From: an uncultured Clostridium sp. | GTDB taxonomy: Bacteria > Bacillota > Clostridia > TANB77 > CAG-508 | Assembly (NCBI GenBank): GCA_946500265.1 | Contig: CAMMVE010000004.1 | Coordinates: 7,739 to 71,738 of the forward strand | Reading direction: 5' to 3' | DNA length: 64,000 nucleotides | Part shown: positions 19,887 to 31,127 of the stretch, piece after piece | How positions within the stretch are numbered: position 1 is the stretch's first letter | How the letters are laid out: every line of letters begins with the position of its first letter | Notes under the pieces: model-generated | What the model was told of the DNA's origin: nothing | Seen by the model: the letters and a program-made list of their open reading frames with translations, nothing else | Database searches by the model: none | Made by a program: the position numbers and the translations under genes

Positions 19887-21661
19887 ATATTAGCTCACTC
19901 CTGAACTTCTCATCTATCTTTTTTAACTCTTCTTGGTCTATATACATATTAATGAATATTTTTCTAATACCTGCTATGAACAGAGCCTCTCCTATTTTGG
20001 CATTATAGATTAATTGTGTTTCTTTATCCGTCAGCTTAAATGTTTCTTGTACATCTCTTAAGTCTTGACCATCTAATTTAAAGAATAATTTATATGTACT
20101 ATTAGTAAATAAGCTTTGTCCATATAATCTAATTTTTTCATTTAGAAAATCCTGAATTGATTGAGTTATAACAATAATATTTGAATTATATTTTCTTGCT
20201 CTTTTACTAATATTTTTTAAATATTCAAGAGTTTGTGGAATATTAGGGTCTATTAACATGTGGCATTCATCTGCTATAAGAATTGTTCTTTCATTTACAT
20301 CTCTGCTCAAGAAATCCCAACAGTATGACATTATATTGTAATACTGTGCTCTTTTGTATTGCTCTTGGAACTTATGCATACTGCTTGTATTAAATACTGT
20401 CATGTCAGTATTAATATCAATATTAGTATAACCATTCCATATATCTGATGATTGACCAACACAAATTGGTCTTATTAGTGACAAAATCTTTTCATATATT
20501 ACATTATATTTTTGCTTGTTTTTTTCTTCTATAAAAAAATACAAATCTTCCAATTTAGGAAAATCTGTATTTTTTAATCTAGCAATATTAGTATTTTTAC
20601 TTATATTAAACTTTTGATATAGTTCTTCTAGTAATAATTCTAATGCAGAAAACTCCATATCTTGTAAACTAGGGTATAAAATAGAAAAAAATGTTCTTAA
20701 AAATTGAAAATGTAATGCTAATAAATTTGAATCTTCTTCTCTATCTATTCTTACCTGTAGTGGATTTAATATTCCTCCTTTTTCTCCTCCATTACAATTT
20801 ATAATCTTTCCTCCTAAATTTTTACAAAGGTAAGAATATTCATTTTCTGGATCTATAATTAATATTTTGCTACTAGGTATTTCATTATATGCAATATGCT
20901 TTACAGCAACACTTTTTCCTGACCCTGAACTACCAACAATAACCATATTACTATTAGTTCTATCAGAGTCTTTTTGCCATATATTAAAAATCACAATACC
21001 TCCTTTTTCATTAATGCCTAGATAATATCCTTTTTGATCAATAAAGGTATTTTTGTTAAACAAAAAGCCTCCTGTAAATGTTGATGTTAAAATATTTCTT
21101 TTAAAATAATTATTTATTTCTCCTTGTATTGTGAAAAATGGTGCAATTGATTTATAGCCTTCTTGTAATAAAAAATTAGTCAATGGTCTTATTTTCAATT
21201 TTTGTTTTATTACTTCTTTTTCAATCTCCTTACACTTTTTATTTAAGTTATTTTCATTTTCATCTGTTACTAAAATATAAATGCTTAAATATGAAACGAC
21301 TTCATTATTTTGTAGTATTCTACTAATAATTTCACTAGCCTCTTTTATTTCTTTCTCTTTTAATTGTTTACTAGATTCATTCTTTGCTAACTTTGCAAGT
21401 GCTGTTGCATCTCTAATTCTTCTATCTAATCCTTCTAATAATTCTGAATTATCAGTTGGCTCTATATTTATCGAAAAAACTGCTCCAATTTCATTTACTA
21501 TCTTTCCAAGCCATCCTAACTCAACATTAGTTGGATAATGGATTATTGTATAAATCTTTGCAAATTTATCTCCTAAATATATCTTATTTCTATCAAATTT
21601 AAAACCTCCGACATGGAGTTAAAAGTTTTATTAAATCATAATTATATTGCGTCTTTTTCAG
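19879..21661 (-). CDS. virB4: VirB4-like T4SS ATPase with +1 shift at CGG (21610-21608)
   Basis: Walker A GSSGSGKS, ADECH, KRARKY; ORF 19879-21198 extends open to 21609; upstream frame LKKTQYNYDLIKLLTPC from CTG 21661. Confidence 0.85.
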
Positions 21662-22358
21662 CTTTATTACCTCTCCTTTTAAGAACTGCCTCCTCAATTC
21701 TTTTCTTTGCTATTTCATAATAATTTTTATCAATTTCAAATCCTATATATCTTCTATTTTTATTTATTGCTCCTACAAGTGTTGTTCCACTACCAGCGAA
21801 ACAATCTAATATTAAATCTCCCTCCTTACTAGAGTTTTCTATATGATATTCTATTAATTCCAACGGTTTTATTGTTGGATGTTTATATTTTTGTTTATCA
21901 ACTTTATTAGTTAATGAGATATAATACTTTCTTTTAGTGTGATAATTCCCATATAATTTAACTCCTTTTTCTCTAAAAAATAATATGTATTCTGTATCAG
22001 GCAAATAATTGTTATTTATTAGTGGAGATGGATTTTGTTTATGCCAAGTTAATATTTCATGATTACAGTTTTTATTACTAAAGTAATTTAGTAAATCTTT
22101 TACTTGCCTTTTTGAACAATAAATATAAATATTAATTTTCTTCATTTTTTGAATTAGTAAATCCAATACTTTTAAATCAAACCCATCTTTTAAGTTTAAC
22201 AAATCATTTGCATATTTATTCATATTGGAAACATTTTTTACTTTATTAATATTAAGTAGGTATGGTGGGTCTATAATTACTAGGTCTATACTATTATCAT
22301 CAATTAGTTTTAATCCCTCCATACAATCTATATTGTATATTTCATTTGTTTTTAACAT
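21642..22358 (-). CDS. N4C/N6A DNA methyltransferase (beta class)
   Basis: DPPY ... HPTIKP ... DCFAGSGTT. Confidence 0.92.
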   Translation of the reverse strand: MLKTNEIYNIDCMEGLKLIDDNSIDLVIIDPPYLLNINKVKNVSNMNKYANDLLNLKDGFDLKVLDLLIQKMKKINIYIYCSKRQVKDLLNYFSNKNCNHEILTWHKQNPSPLINNNYLPDTEYILFFREKGVKLYGNYHTKRKYYISLTNKVDKQKYKHPTIKPLELIEYHIENSSKEGDLILDCFAGSGTTLVGAINKNRRYIGFEIDKNYYEIAKKRIEEAVLKRRGNKAEKDAI

Positions 22359-22980
22359 TTAACTCCTTTCTTTTAATTTTTGTGATGTGATTCTCGTAAT
22401 CATTTCCTTCATCTTTATATGCCTGTAAATTAAAGAATTTTATTAAATAAATAATATCGTCCTTACTTAATATTTCACTTTTTAATTCACAATTTCTTAA
22501 TCTATTCATCCAATTGTTAGCTCTCTTTTGTAACTCTATTTTTGATTTCTCTGTTTCTTTTTCCCAAATGACTAAATAAAATTCATTTTCTATGATTTCT
22601 TTATTAGTAACCAAATTTAATAAAAATTGTATTCTGTTATTAATTATCTTTATAAATTTATCATTGTTTATCATTTGCTTTAATGTTTCTTGTTCTTTTA
22701 TATTATCTGAAATATCTAATATTTGGGGCATAATTAATATTTTATATGGATATTGCTCATTAGAAAATTCTACACTCATATAATTCATTTTATTTTCAAG
22801 TTCTTGTTCAGATAACAGCTCGAAATTTTGTGGTTTTATATTTAAAAACATTAATATATAACCATCTATTGTAATTACATAGCCTTCTTCTGTTATATCT
22901 GCTATATTTAAAAATTCATTTAAAGATATATCATTTTTGTTACTTAACAACTTTTTTATTATAAAAATCACCTCCGACAT
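22342..22980 (-). CDS. T4SS protein resembling a VirB4-associated N-terminal domain
   Basis: Follows PrgI; LNIKPQNFELLSEQE motif; start may be ATA 22962. Confidence 0.55.
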   Translation of the reverse strand: MSEVIFIIKKLLSNKNDISLNEFLNIADITEEGYVITIDGYILMFLNIKPQNFELLSEQELENKMNYMSVEFSNEQYPYKILIMPQILDISDNIKEQETLKQMINNDKFIKIINNRIQFLLNLVTNKEIIENEFYLVIWEKETEKSKIELQKRANNWMNRLRNCELKSEILSKDDIIYLIKFFNLQAYKDEGNDYENHITKIKRKELNVKNK

Positions 22981-23272
22981 ACTTATATTCTCTTTGCATT
23001 GTCTGAAATCTTAATATATTTTTTATAGAATCTGACATTGAAAAATTATTTCTGTTTTTTGTAAAAAAAATAACACTAATTACTATTGTTCCTATAACTA
23101 TAAGTGTCGATATTAATGCTTGTTTAAATATTAAATAAATAATATAAGCTATAACACTGGCAATTACACCACATATTATTGTTTTTATTAATTCTTGTGT
23201 ACCAAAACCTTCAAAGAACTCCGTTTTTAATCTTATTTGACTTGGTATTTTTAACAATCTTTTACTTTCCAT
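22940..23272 (-). CDS. PrgI-family membrane protein
   Basis: IPSQIRLKTEFFEGFG, two TMs, position before VirB4. Confidence 0.7.
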   Translation of the reverse strand: MESKRLLKIPSQIRLKTEFFEGFGTQELIKTIICGVIASVIAYIIYLIFKQALISTLIVIGTIVISVIFFTKNRNNFSMSDSIKNILRFQTMQREYKYVGGDFYNKKVVK

Positions 23273-23864
23273 TGTTATCATTTCCTCCTGTTTCTATATT
23301 ATTATTTTGATTTGATTTTGCATTAATGTATTCTGAATAAGTATATGTAGTGGGAAATATAAATCCATCTGCATCTCTGTAATATTGTATATCTGCATAA
23401 TATCCTTTCCAAAAATCTTGGCACTCATTAAATAACCTTAAATACGAAACATTATCTACTACTTTACCTTCTGAATATAATCCAAACGCATAATGTAGTG
23501 GCTCATCATCAGTAAGTGCTGCCAATTTTTTTCCTGTATCAGTTACGACATACCTTTTTCCTCCTAAATTAACTACTTCTCTATCTTGACAATCTTTATC
23601 TTCTACTTTTTCTATTGTCATATCAGATGCTCCTTCATCTACTATCTCAACCGTACTTCCAAAATACATTTTAGGTATATCAACTAGACTAAATGAAATT
23701 GTTATTAATATTGTTGCAATTAGTAAATGTTTAGTTAATTTTATATATTTACTTTTTTCATCTGGCTCTATACTCATTTTTATTAATAATATAATAAATG
23801 TAACCCCTGCAATTCCAATTCCTATATTTCTTAATGTTATTATTATTTCTTTTAATGTGTCCAT
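23262..23864 (-). CDS. Membrane protein with pilin-like N-terminus
   Basis: Two TMs plus a soluble C-terminal domain. Confidence 0.55.
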   Translation of the reverse strand: MDTLKEIIITLRNIGIGIAGVTFIILLIKMSIEPDEKSKYIKLTKHLLIATILITISFSLVDIPKMYFGSTVEIVDEGASDMTIEKVEDKDCQDREVVNLGGKRYVVTDTGKKLAALTDDEPLHYAFGLYSEGKVVDNVSYLRLFNECQDFWKGYYADIQYYRDADGFIFPTTYTYSEYINAKSNQNNNIETGGNDNNGK

Positions 23865-23866
23865 TT

Positions 23867-24706
23867 CTACCTCCTTTTCCCATGTGGCATTAATGCTCTT
23901 ATTGATCTTGCAGTATTACCCATACTGTTTATTAGACTTCCATTTGGTCTTATCATAAATTTTCCTAGCATCATTGGTGTATTTACAGATACGATTGCTA
24001 TTGCAATTCCATAAATCAAATGACCATTAACAAGTGCTAATATTGATAAATTTAATAAGCCTAGTTGAACAACAAGAGTAAAAGCAGTAAGTAGGAAATC
24101 TCTTACATACTCTGTAAAAATACCAGTATCAGAATTTAAAAGTCCAATTGATGCAAAAGGTATTCCTAGTCTCATTACAAGAATTTCTATTCCTTTCATA
24201 ATAAATTGACAAATTAATATAAGCCATACAATCAATAATACTAAACAAGCAACTGCAGTAAATATTCCTCCCCCCATATTACCTGTTAAAATTTCTGCCA
24301 AATTAGTTCCTTGAACAGTCATATTGGATAATATTCCATTTAAAAACTCTTGTACTATTCCTACAAATATGTTATAAATCTCTTTAAAACATATCATAAT
24401 AATTACTGCTTTAATCATTCCTATCATTAATTGAATAGGATTTTCTTCTGCATCTCCTTCTCGCATCATAAAATAAATTTTTATAGCTTTACTAATAAAA
24501 ACAATAATTAGAATATATATTGCGAAACTAAAAATAGTCTCATAAATTTTATTAAAATTTATAAAACTACCATCTGCTAATTTTAAATTACTGAGCTCTC
24601 TTTCTATATGGAAAACTAAATTTACCATGCTTTTAAAAAGAGAGTTTAATGTTGCTTCAGAGCCTCCAATAAAACTTTCTATGAGTTCTACAAGCATATC
24701 TGCCAT
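23867..24706 (-). CDS. VirB6/TrbL-like conjugal transfer membrane protein
   Basis: Multi-TM; KGIEILVMRLGIPFASIGL motif. Confidence 0.75.
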   Translation of the reverse strand: MADMLVELIESFIGGSEATLNSLFKSMVNLVFHIERELSNLKLADGSFINFNKIYETIFSFAIYILIIVFISKAIKIYFMMREGDAEENPIQLMIGMIKAVIIMICFKEIYNIFVGIVQEFLNGILSNMTVQGTNLAEILTGNMGGGIFTAVACLVLLIVWLILICQFIMKGIEILVMRLGIPFASIGLLNSDTGIFTEYVRDFLLTAFTLVVQLGLLNLSILALVNGHLIYGIAIAIVSVNTPMMLGKFMIRPNGSLINSMGNTARSIRALMPHGKRR

Positions 24707-24745
24707 ATATGTATCACCTTCTTTTTATATAAATTCTCTTTATAT

Positions 24746-25096
24746 TTACTTGTAGAATCCTAATATTGTATCTATTAATGCTAATCCACATGTTATAAGT
24801 ACCATAGCAATTAATGTTGTCTTTATATTTTGCATATTTCTTCGTCTTTCTCCTTCATCATTTGTCTTTAAACAATACACATAATAGATGAAGTAACCTC
24901 CACAAATCGTTATGCCTATTCCTACCAACCAACTTATTACTGCATCTACTAATTTTTCAGTTCCAATTACTAATTTTGTACTTTCTAAACTAGATGCATT
25001 GACAACTTGTTGCATTGTATTTAACAAAATAATTACTAATATAATTTTAAATATAATCTTAATAATCTTTCTTACATTTTCTTTTTTTAGTTTCAA
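24746..25096 (-). CDS. VirB2/TrbC-like pilin
   Basis: Signal peptide plus two TMs, 116 aa. Confidence 0.6.
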   Translation of the reverse strand: MKLKKENVRKIIKIIFKIILVIILLNTMQQVVNASSLESTKLVIGTEKLVDAVISWLVGIGITICGGYFIYYVYCLKTNDEGERRRNMQNIKTTLIAMVLITCGLALIDTILGFYK

Positions 25097-27013
25097 CTTT
25101 TTATCTTCCTTTCCAAATTATTTTTTATCATATTTACTATCTCATCATTTTCTTCAATACTATAATCTTCAAGTTCTAAATTATAATACTTTTTCCATAT
25201 CTCCCAAATCTTTATTTTTTCTAGTTTACTTTCCTTTCTATCTTTTTCTCTTTCAATTCTTAATCTTGTATTTTCTGCTTTTGTTCCCATACAGTTAATT
25301 TGGTTAAAGTACATTTTTGAAATATCTGGTACATTTAAAATAGCAGGTGGTTTTCCTGCTATCATTAATAAAATATATGGACTTTCTATCCTTTGTACTT
25401 CATCTGCTGTTAATAGTTTTCTTGAAACAAGACTCATGCTACTACTACTTCTATCATTTTTTATATTTGAATTACTGCTTTCTCCATAACTTTGAGCTGT
25501 ATATGTTCCTAATTTATCTGATATTTTTGTTGCTGTATCTATATTAGCACTTTTCAAATACATCCAAGCACAATTATCTAAAATATTTTGTGCTCCTTCT
25601 TTTCCATATCGTTCTTCTAATTGAGCAAAACTTTGTAAGCATATTATAAATCTAATATTTCTACTTCTCGAAACTGTTAGCATAGACTGGAATGAATTAA
25701 TTTTGGTAAAGTTTGCAAATTCATCTAATATAAAATTCATTCTTATACCTAGTTCTCCACCTTCAATTCTACTTGTTTCAACAAGTGATGTGTAAATTTG
25801 TTGTACTAATAAACTTCCTAATTTATGATATGTATCTCTGTCATCTGGTAATAACATATAGATTGCTGTCTTTTTCTTTGCAAAATTTCTTAAATCAAAA
25901 TCCGATTTTTGAGTATTATTTGCCACATAATCATTGATAAACATTTGCAAAGTTGAAAGTGCTGCAGCAACAAAACTACCTCGAGTCTTTGAAGGTGCTG
26001 TTCCTGCTACTGCAAAAAACTTCTTAATTGGATCATCCGCATCTTTATTTTTCATATATTTATCAATTAACATTTCTCCATCTTCTGCTGTTTTAAACAT
26101 TTCTGCAACAAAGTAATAAGCATTAGCAAGTGTTTGATATTTCCTTTTTCCTTTATTTTCAAGTACAACTGCCATTATTGCTGTTTTAATTACTGACATT
26201 TCTCCGTTTACCCATATAGGCTCTGTTTTATCATTTTTAGTAACTAACACATTTACAATATCATTAACTAAACTTTCTGCCAAAGCTATATTTCCATCTT
26301 CAACTGCATTTATGACAATATCTAAATAATTGTATTTATTGCTTTTTAAAAACTGTATATAATCAATAGCTATCACATCATATCCTAATTCTTTTAATTT
26401 AGTAGCTGTATATAAATATAGTTCACCTTTAACATCGCTTATGAACATATTTTCTCCGACCTAAACCTAGCATAGTTATCGTTGGTATTATAATACTTCT
26501 ACTTTTTCCTGATCCTGAACTTCCTACTATGGTTAAATGAACATTATCATCAATATAGTAATATTTTTCTATGTTATCTTTTCTTTCAAAATTAGTTATA
26601 ACACCACCTGAAGAAAAAGAAACTTCATTATATTTTTTATTTCTATCTAAAATATTACATTTAAAAATTTTACTATAATCTTTTTTATCTAACCACCACG
26701 AAGTGCCATATTGTCCATCTCCTACTGGAATTGGAACTTCTATTTTATTTGTTAATTTTATTGTATTGCTATGATATATGTTTTTCTTTCTACTAGAAAA
26801 TAATAATAGAAATGAGATTATTATTATTTCTAAAACACAAAAAATAATAAATACTTTCTTTTCACTAAATAAAGTATTTATTATTGTCATAATATTTATA
26901 TTAAATAAACTATCAAAATTTTTACTTAATATAAAATGTAAATTAACGGAAAGATATGCATTAATAAAAATGCTAATTATAATTGCTAAAAATATTAATA
27001 TTCTTCTACTTAT
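25093..27013 (-). CDS. virD4: VirD4/TraG type IV coupling protein with +1 shift at CGG (26458-26456)
   Basis: GDGQYGTSWW, Walker A GSSGSGKS, then (C)GENMFISDVKGEL, ILDEFANF, RSRNIRFIICLQSFAQL; frame open upstream to ATA 27013 (SD AAGGAG). Confidence 0.88.
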
Positions 27014-27120
27014 ATTCTTTCTCCTTTATTGGAATTCTACCATTCCTCCTTTTTTGCAAATTAAAAGAACATCTACTAAAATGTAAATGTTCTTGTTATA
27101 TATAACTTGTAATTTTTCAG

Positions 27121-27432
27121 TTACTTTTGATATTTTTCTGGCATTAATTTTATATCTCGAATCATATCTCCATTAATCATTCTGTTTCCATTTTTTTCTT
27201 CAACTTTTATCCAGTTATCTTCTACTGCAACTATTTTTCCTTGTACTCCAAAAGATTCATTAAACAAACTAATGATACAAACTTTATTCATAAATTCTTT
27301 TATCATTTCTTGTGGCATTTTTCTTTTCCTACCTTTCTTTTCTCTTTTCATTATTCCTAAATATAATTTATTTCTTCTTGGTATTATTATACAACAAAAG
27401 AGTATTATAAACCAAAACCACCAATAATTTAT
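27121..27432 (-). CDS. Small cargo protein (TM plus Sm-like domain)
   Basis: ORF; SD GGAGG precedes ATA 27432. Confidence 0.55.
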   Translation of the reverse strand: MNYWWFWFIILFCCIIIPRRNKLYLGIMKREKKGRKRKMPQEMIKEFMNKVCIISLFNESFGVQGKIVAVEDNWIKVEEKNGNRMINGDMIRDIKLMPEKYQK

Positions 27433-27478
27433 TTTTACCACCTCCACAATTATCTGTTCTATAATTTGTAAGTTATCA

Positions 27479-28198
27479 TTATTCTTCAAATAAAACCTTT
27501 TGCATTCCATAAGGATTATTTAAAAAATCTTTATATATTTTATAAACTTCTGTATCTTCATATTTAATTTCTTCCATATTATTATTCATATCAATTATTT
27601 TTCCATATTTATACGATAATAATATTGGAGAATGTGTTGCAATTATAAATTGTGAGCCATTTTTAGCTAATTCGTGTATATAACAAAGCAAAGTCATTTG
27701 TCTTTGTGGAGATAAAGCTGCCTCTGGCTCATCCAAAATATATAAACCGCTATTCCAAAATCTATGTTCAACCAGTTTCAAAAAAGATTCTCCGTGTGAA
27801 CAAGAATGCAAATCTTCTCCTCCATAAGTTGTATAGATCAAATCACTATTATTGCTAATATCCGTTGCAACATTATAAAAAGATTCTGCTCTTAAAAAAA
27901 ATTTTGTTTTAGGTACTCCGAACTTGCTAATTGTTAAATGTTTATATAATTCTGAATAATCATCATAGTTCGAAAATTGCATATTATTACTACCGCCTTC
28001 TGGATTTAATCCTAAAGCAATAGCAATAGCTTCTATAAGTGTAGATTTTCCAACTCCGTTTTCTCCATAAAATAAAGTAACAGAGTTATCTATTTTTAAT
28101 TCATCAAAATCACTTAAACATTTTATATTAAAAGGATATTTACTATTATCTACATTCTCCTTATTTAATCTTACTCTATTTACAAATAAATTTTCCAT
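27479..28198 (-). CDS. AAA/ABC-type ATPase (COG3910-like)
   Basis: GENGVGKST, SHGESF, LDEPEAALSP, IATHSP. Confidence 0.88.
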   Translation of the reverse strand: MENLFVNRVRLNKENVDNSKYPFNIKCLSDFDELKIDNSVTLFYGENGVGKSTLIEAIAIALGLNPEGGSNNMQFSNYDDYSELYKHLTISKFGVPKTKFFLRAESFYNVATDISNNSDLIYTTYGGEDLHSCSHGESFLKLVEHRFWNSGLYILDEPEAALSPQRQMTLLCYIHELAKNGSQFIIATHSPILLSYKYGKIIDMNNNMEEIKYEDTEVYKIYKDFLNNPYGMQKVLFEE

Positions 28199-28210
28199 TC
28201 AACCTCACTC

Positions 28211-28249
28211 ACAAATTACTATTTTTTTCACACTTATATATTGTAATTT
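28211..28249 (-). repeat. Cargo-junction motif, 39-bp long form
   Basis: 38/39 identical to 4421-4459. Confidence 0.8.
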
Positions 28250-28261
28250 GTATAATTACTT

Positions 28262-28726
28262 TTAAGGAATAATTGTTATATTAGTATGTTCTACTTTTTC
28301 ATCCGTATCAAAATATATATTAATTTCATAATAATCCGTAGTATAGCACTTGCCAAAGTACCATTCTTTTCTCATACTTCCTGCATCATAATAATATATT
28401 TTTTTATTTTCCTCAGTATTATATTTAGATTCTGGTTCTCCTAATAGCTCAATAACTTCTTCTTTGGATAGTCCAACAAGGCTTTGATTATTATTAAATT
28501 CTTGCATTTTTATATAGAGTTCATCTGGTTTTTCAAACTTCCATAATAAGAATACACAAGATGCAAAAGCACAAACAAATATGATAAAAATATAAATTGA
28601 CTTTTCTAATTTCTTATCTTTATTAATTAACTTTTTTCTTATGAACAATATTATTATAGTACCCAATAATATTCCAGGTACTGCGAATTGTACAAATATG
28701 CCAAATATAATTATTAAACCTGCCAT
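28262..28726 (-). CDS. Membrane cargo protein with SmpA/OmlA-like motif
   Basis: Two TMs; GLSKEEVIELLGEP. Confidence 0.7.
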   Translation of the reverse strand: MAGLIIIFGIFVQFAVPGILLGTIIILFIRKKLINKDKKLEKSIYIFIIFVCAFASCVFLLWKFEKPDELYIKMQEFNNNQSLVGLSKEEVIELLGEPESKYNTEENKKIYYYDAGSMRKEWYFGKCYTTDYYEINIYFDTDEKVEHTNITIIP

Positions 28727-28748
28727 AATGGTAATTTTAATTCCTCCT

Positions 28749-28762
28749 ACAAATTACTATTT
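28749..28762 (-). repeat. Cargo-junction motif
   Basis: acaaattactattt immediately before SD AGGAGG. Confidence 0.65.
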
Positions 28763-28799
28763 TTATTTATTGATTATTTTTTGCTTATACCTTATAACT

Positions 28800-29117
28800 T
28801 TACTCTCCATATCTTTCTCTATATTCTTCTTCAAATCCGAACAAACCTTGTCCTATATTTGTTGGAAAATATTTGTTATTCATCAAGAAACCATGTATCT
28901 CATCATTTTGGTCTTTAAATCTTATAGAATATCCTCCAAAACTAGAACTCCATTCTATATCTACATACTCTAACTGCATTTTTGGAAAGTTTTTCTTTAA
29001 ATAATTTGTTGCAGATACTCGTGCTATTTGTTTTGGAATTATTCCACTAATCCATAAGGCTAAAACAACAATTAAAATTACTAATATTGTTATTATAATT
29101 ATTCTTTTTTTATTCAT
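28800..29117 (-). CDS. Small membrane-anchored cargo protein
   Basis: N-terminal TM, 105 aa. Confidence 0.7.
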   Translation of the reverse strand: MNKKRIIIITILVILIVVLALWISGIIPKQIARVSATNYLKKNFPKMQLEYVDIEWSSSFGGYSIRFKDQNDEIHGFLMNNKYFPTNIGQGLFGFEEEYRERYGE

Positions 29118-29127
29118 ACTCTTGCCT

Positions 29128-29141
29128 CCAACTTACTACTT
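29128..29141 (-). repeat. Cargo-junction motif (variant)
   Basis: ccaacttactactt before SD GGAGG. Confidence 0.5.
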
Positions 29142-29170
29142 CTGTATTTATTATAAAACACACACATTTT

Positions 29171-29588
29171 TTAAAATAATCTTTGTCCTTTATCCAAAAA
29201 AATCCAATAGATTATTGCTCCAAATACTGTTGCAATTAGACTCACTATTGTATAAACTTTTGAATCAATTTTTCCGTTTTTTCTTCATATATATATTTAT
29301 TGGAATTAATAATACTAAATATATAATTAATATTATTATACCTATAAATACATTAAAAGCAAATTCTGTTTTTGGTACATCATATCCACTACCATTCGGT
29401 CTATTAGTAAAAAATCCATAAATAATCAGTAATACAATAGTATCAATGTATCCCATAAATCCATTATAAATTACTGATGCTATCATCATTATGTATTTTT
29501 TTACTTGTTCCTTAAAAGACATTATTCCTATAAAAAGAATAGTAAGTATAAATAATAATAGAATTCCACATACATACAGTATTGTCAT
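29171..29588 (-). CDS. Multi-TM cargo protein with +1 shift at CGG (29276-29274)
   Basis: KKK-(C)-GKIDSKVYTIVSLIATVFGAIIYWIFLDKGQRLF adds a TM helix ending at 29171. Confidence 0.65.
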
Positions 29589-29589
29589 A

Positions 29590-29829
29590 CTATTTCTCCA
29601 TTCTAATTGAACTTTGTAATATATTAGCTAATGGCATATATTCTATTCTTGTTTTATCAAGATCTCCATTCTTACTACTTTTACTTATAATATAGTTACT
29701 AATATCATTTATATTTCGTCCAATTTCTTCAGTAGAATATTCTCTATCTTCAATATCTATATCTATATTCGATAATAATTTTTGATTTTGTTCTGATAAG
29801 TCTTTTTTATAATTCATTTTTTGCTCCAT
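29590..29829 (-). CDS. Small hypothetical protein
   Basis: 79-aa ORF. Confidence 0.6.
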   Translation of the reverse strand: MEQKMNYKKDLSEQNQKLLSNIDIDIEDREYSTEEIGRNINDISNYIISKSSKNGDLDKTRIEYMPLANILQSSIRMEK

Positions 29830-29893
29830 TCATTTTTATTTTTTCATAACTTACTATATCATAAAAAACAGTTAAATACAATTATTTTACATA

Positions 29894-31127
29894 TTATTTT
29901 TCCCAATTTAATGATGATGCATTTCTCTTTTTTAGTGCTAATTCTTTTTTAGCCTGTTTAGATAAATTTTTCTTATATATTAGTTCAAATCTTCTTAAAT
30001 ATTTTTCTTCCTGCCTTGTTGTAAAATATAGCGTATTAAAAATATTCCAAACCAATTGTCTGCCATTATTTATATATTGTATTTGGTTATATTCTAGCTT
30101 TTGATTTAATAATATCCTTTCAAAATTTAATATTTGATTACCGATTAATTTTAAAATCTCTTGTTCTGCTTTTTCTTTTTCAATTGTTTGTGCCTGTTTT
30201 ATTTTTTCTTCATTTTGATATTTATACCTTACAATATCTTGTTTAATTTCTATATATTTTTCCACTTGTTCCTGACATTCTAAAGACCATTCAATTATCT
30301 TTTTAGATAGGTTATCAACTTCATTTATAATATTAGGATATTTTTTTAAATACTGATATTTTATACTACCACTTGTTTGTTTTAATAGACTTTTTATTTT
30401 AATTATATCATCAACTACCAACTTTATTTTTTTATTTGAAATATTATGTTTCAATATTTTTTTATCATTAAAGTCTTTTTCATATTGTAGAATATCCTTT
30501 ATAAACTTTTTATTTGTACTAACATTCTTTATTTCTTGTAAAAATTTATTATTAGTAATAATCCCCTTCCTTGCAATATCCTTCTCTTTATATAGTTCAA
30601 ACAAATCTTCTTTAAATATTTCGTTTATAAAATCCTCTCTCATTTTGTTAACTTCTTTATACTTTACAAAATAATTCATTTTATCTCTTTGCTTGCTCCA
30701 TACCATAACTTGTAAATGGGGATGTCCACTTTCTAAATGAACTGCTCCGACAGTATTGCAAATCATGATATTTTACATTTAATTTATCTGCAAAACTTGA
30801 TAATTTCAATTTAAAAAGTTCTTTCCATTTTTCTTGTGAGTCATAGCCAAGTCTAATAGCATCATATTCTGATAAAGATATGGTACAACGAAAAATTGGA
30901 ATTTTATTATTGGCTAGTTTGATTATATATTGATTAATTGGTTCTATATCTTTCATATTCTCAATATCAGGAAATTTATCAATTATTCCAAAAAGTCCGT
31001 GCTCTGTATTAGTATTCTTTATTGCAAATTCACTGTACCCCAAATAATTTGTATAACTTTTATGTCTGAAAAAAGTAGTCCTTTTATTTGGATTAAAATT
31101 TTCAAATAAGAAAACCACATTACTCAT
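29894..31127 (-). CDS. HUH relaxase (MobP3/MobL-like) with +1 shift at CGG (30749-30747)
   Basis: HGLFG, TISLSEYDAIRLG, then (C)GAVHLESGHPHLQV HUH motif. Confidence 0.85.

Noticed and set aside
26940-26955. Apparent frameshift in the virD4 5' region at ttccgtt
   Set aside because: Recounting shows the frame is continuous from ATA 27013 to ATG 26890; not a counter-example to the CGG rule
27026-27043. MVEFQ* mini-ORF in frame with virD4 (possible stop readthrough)
   Set aside because: SD-to-ATG spacing is only 1 nt; a better SD precedes ATA 27013
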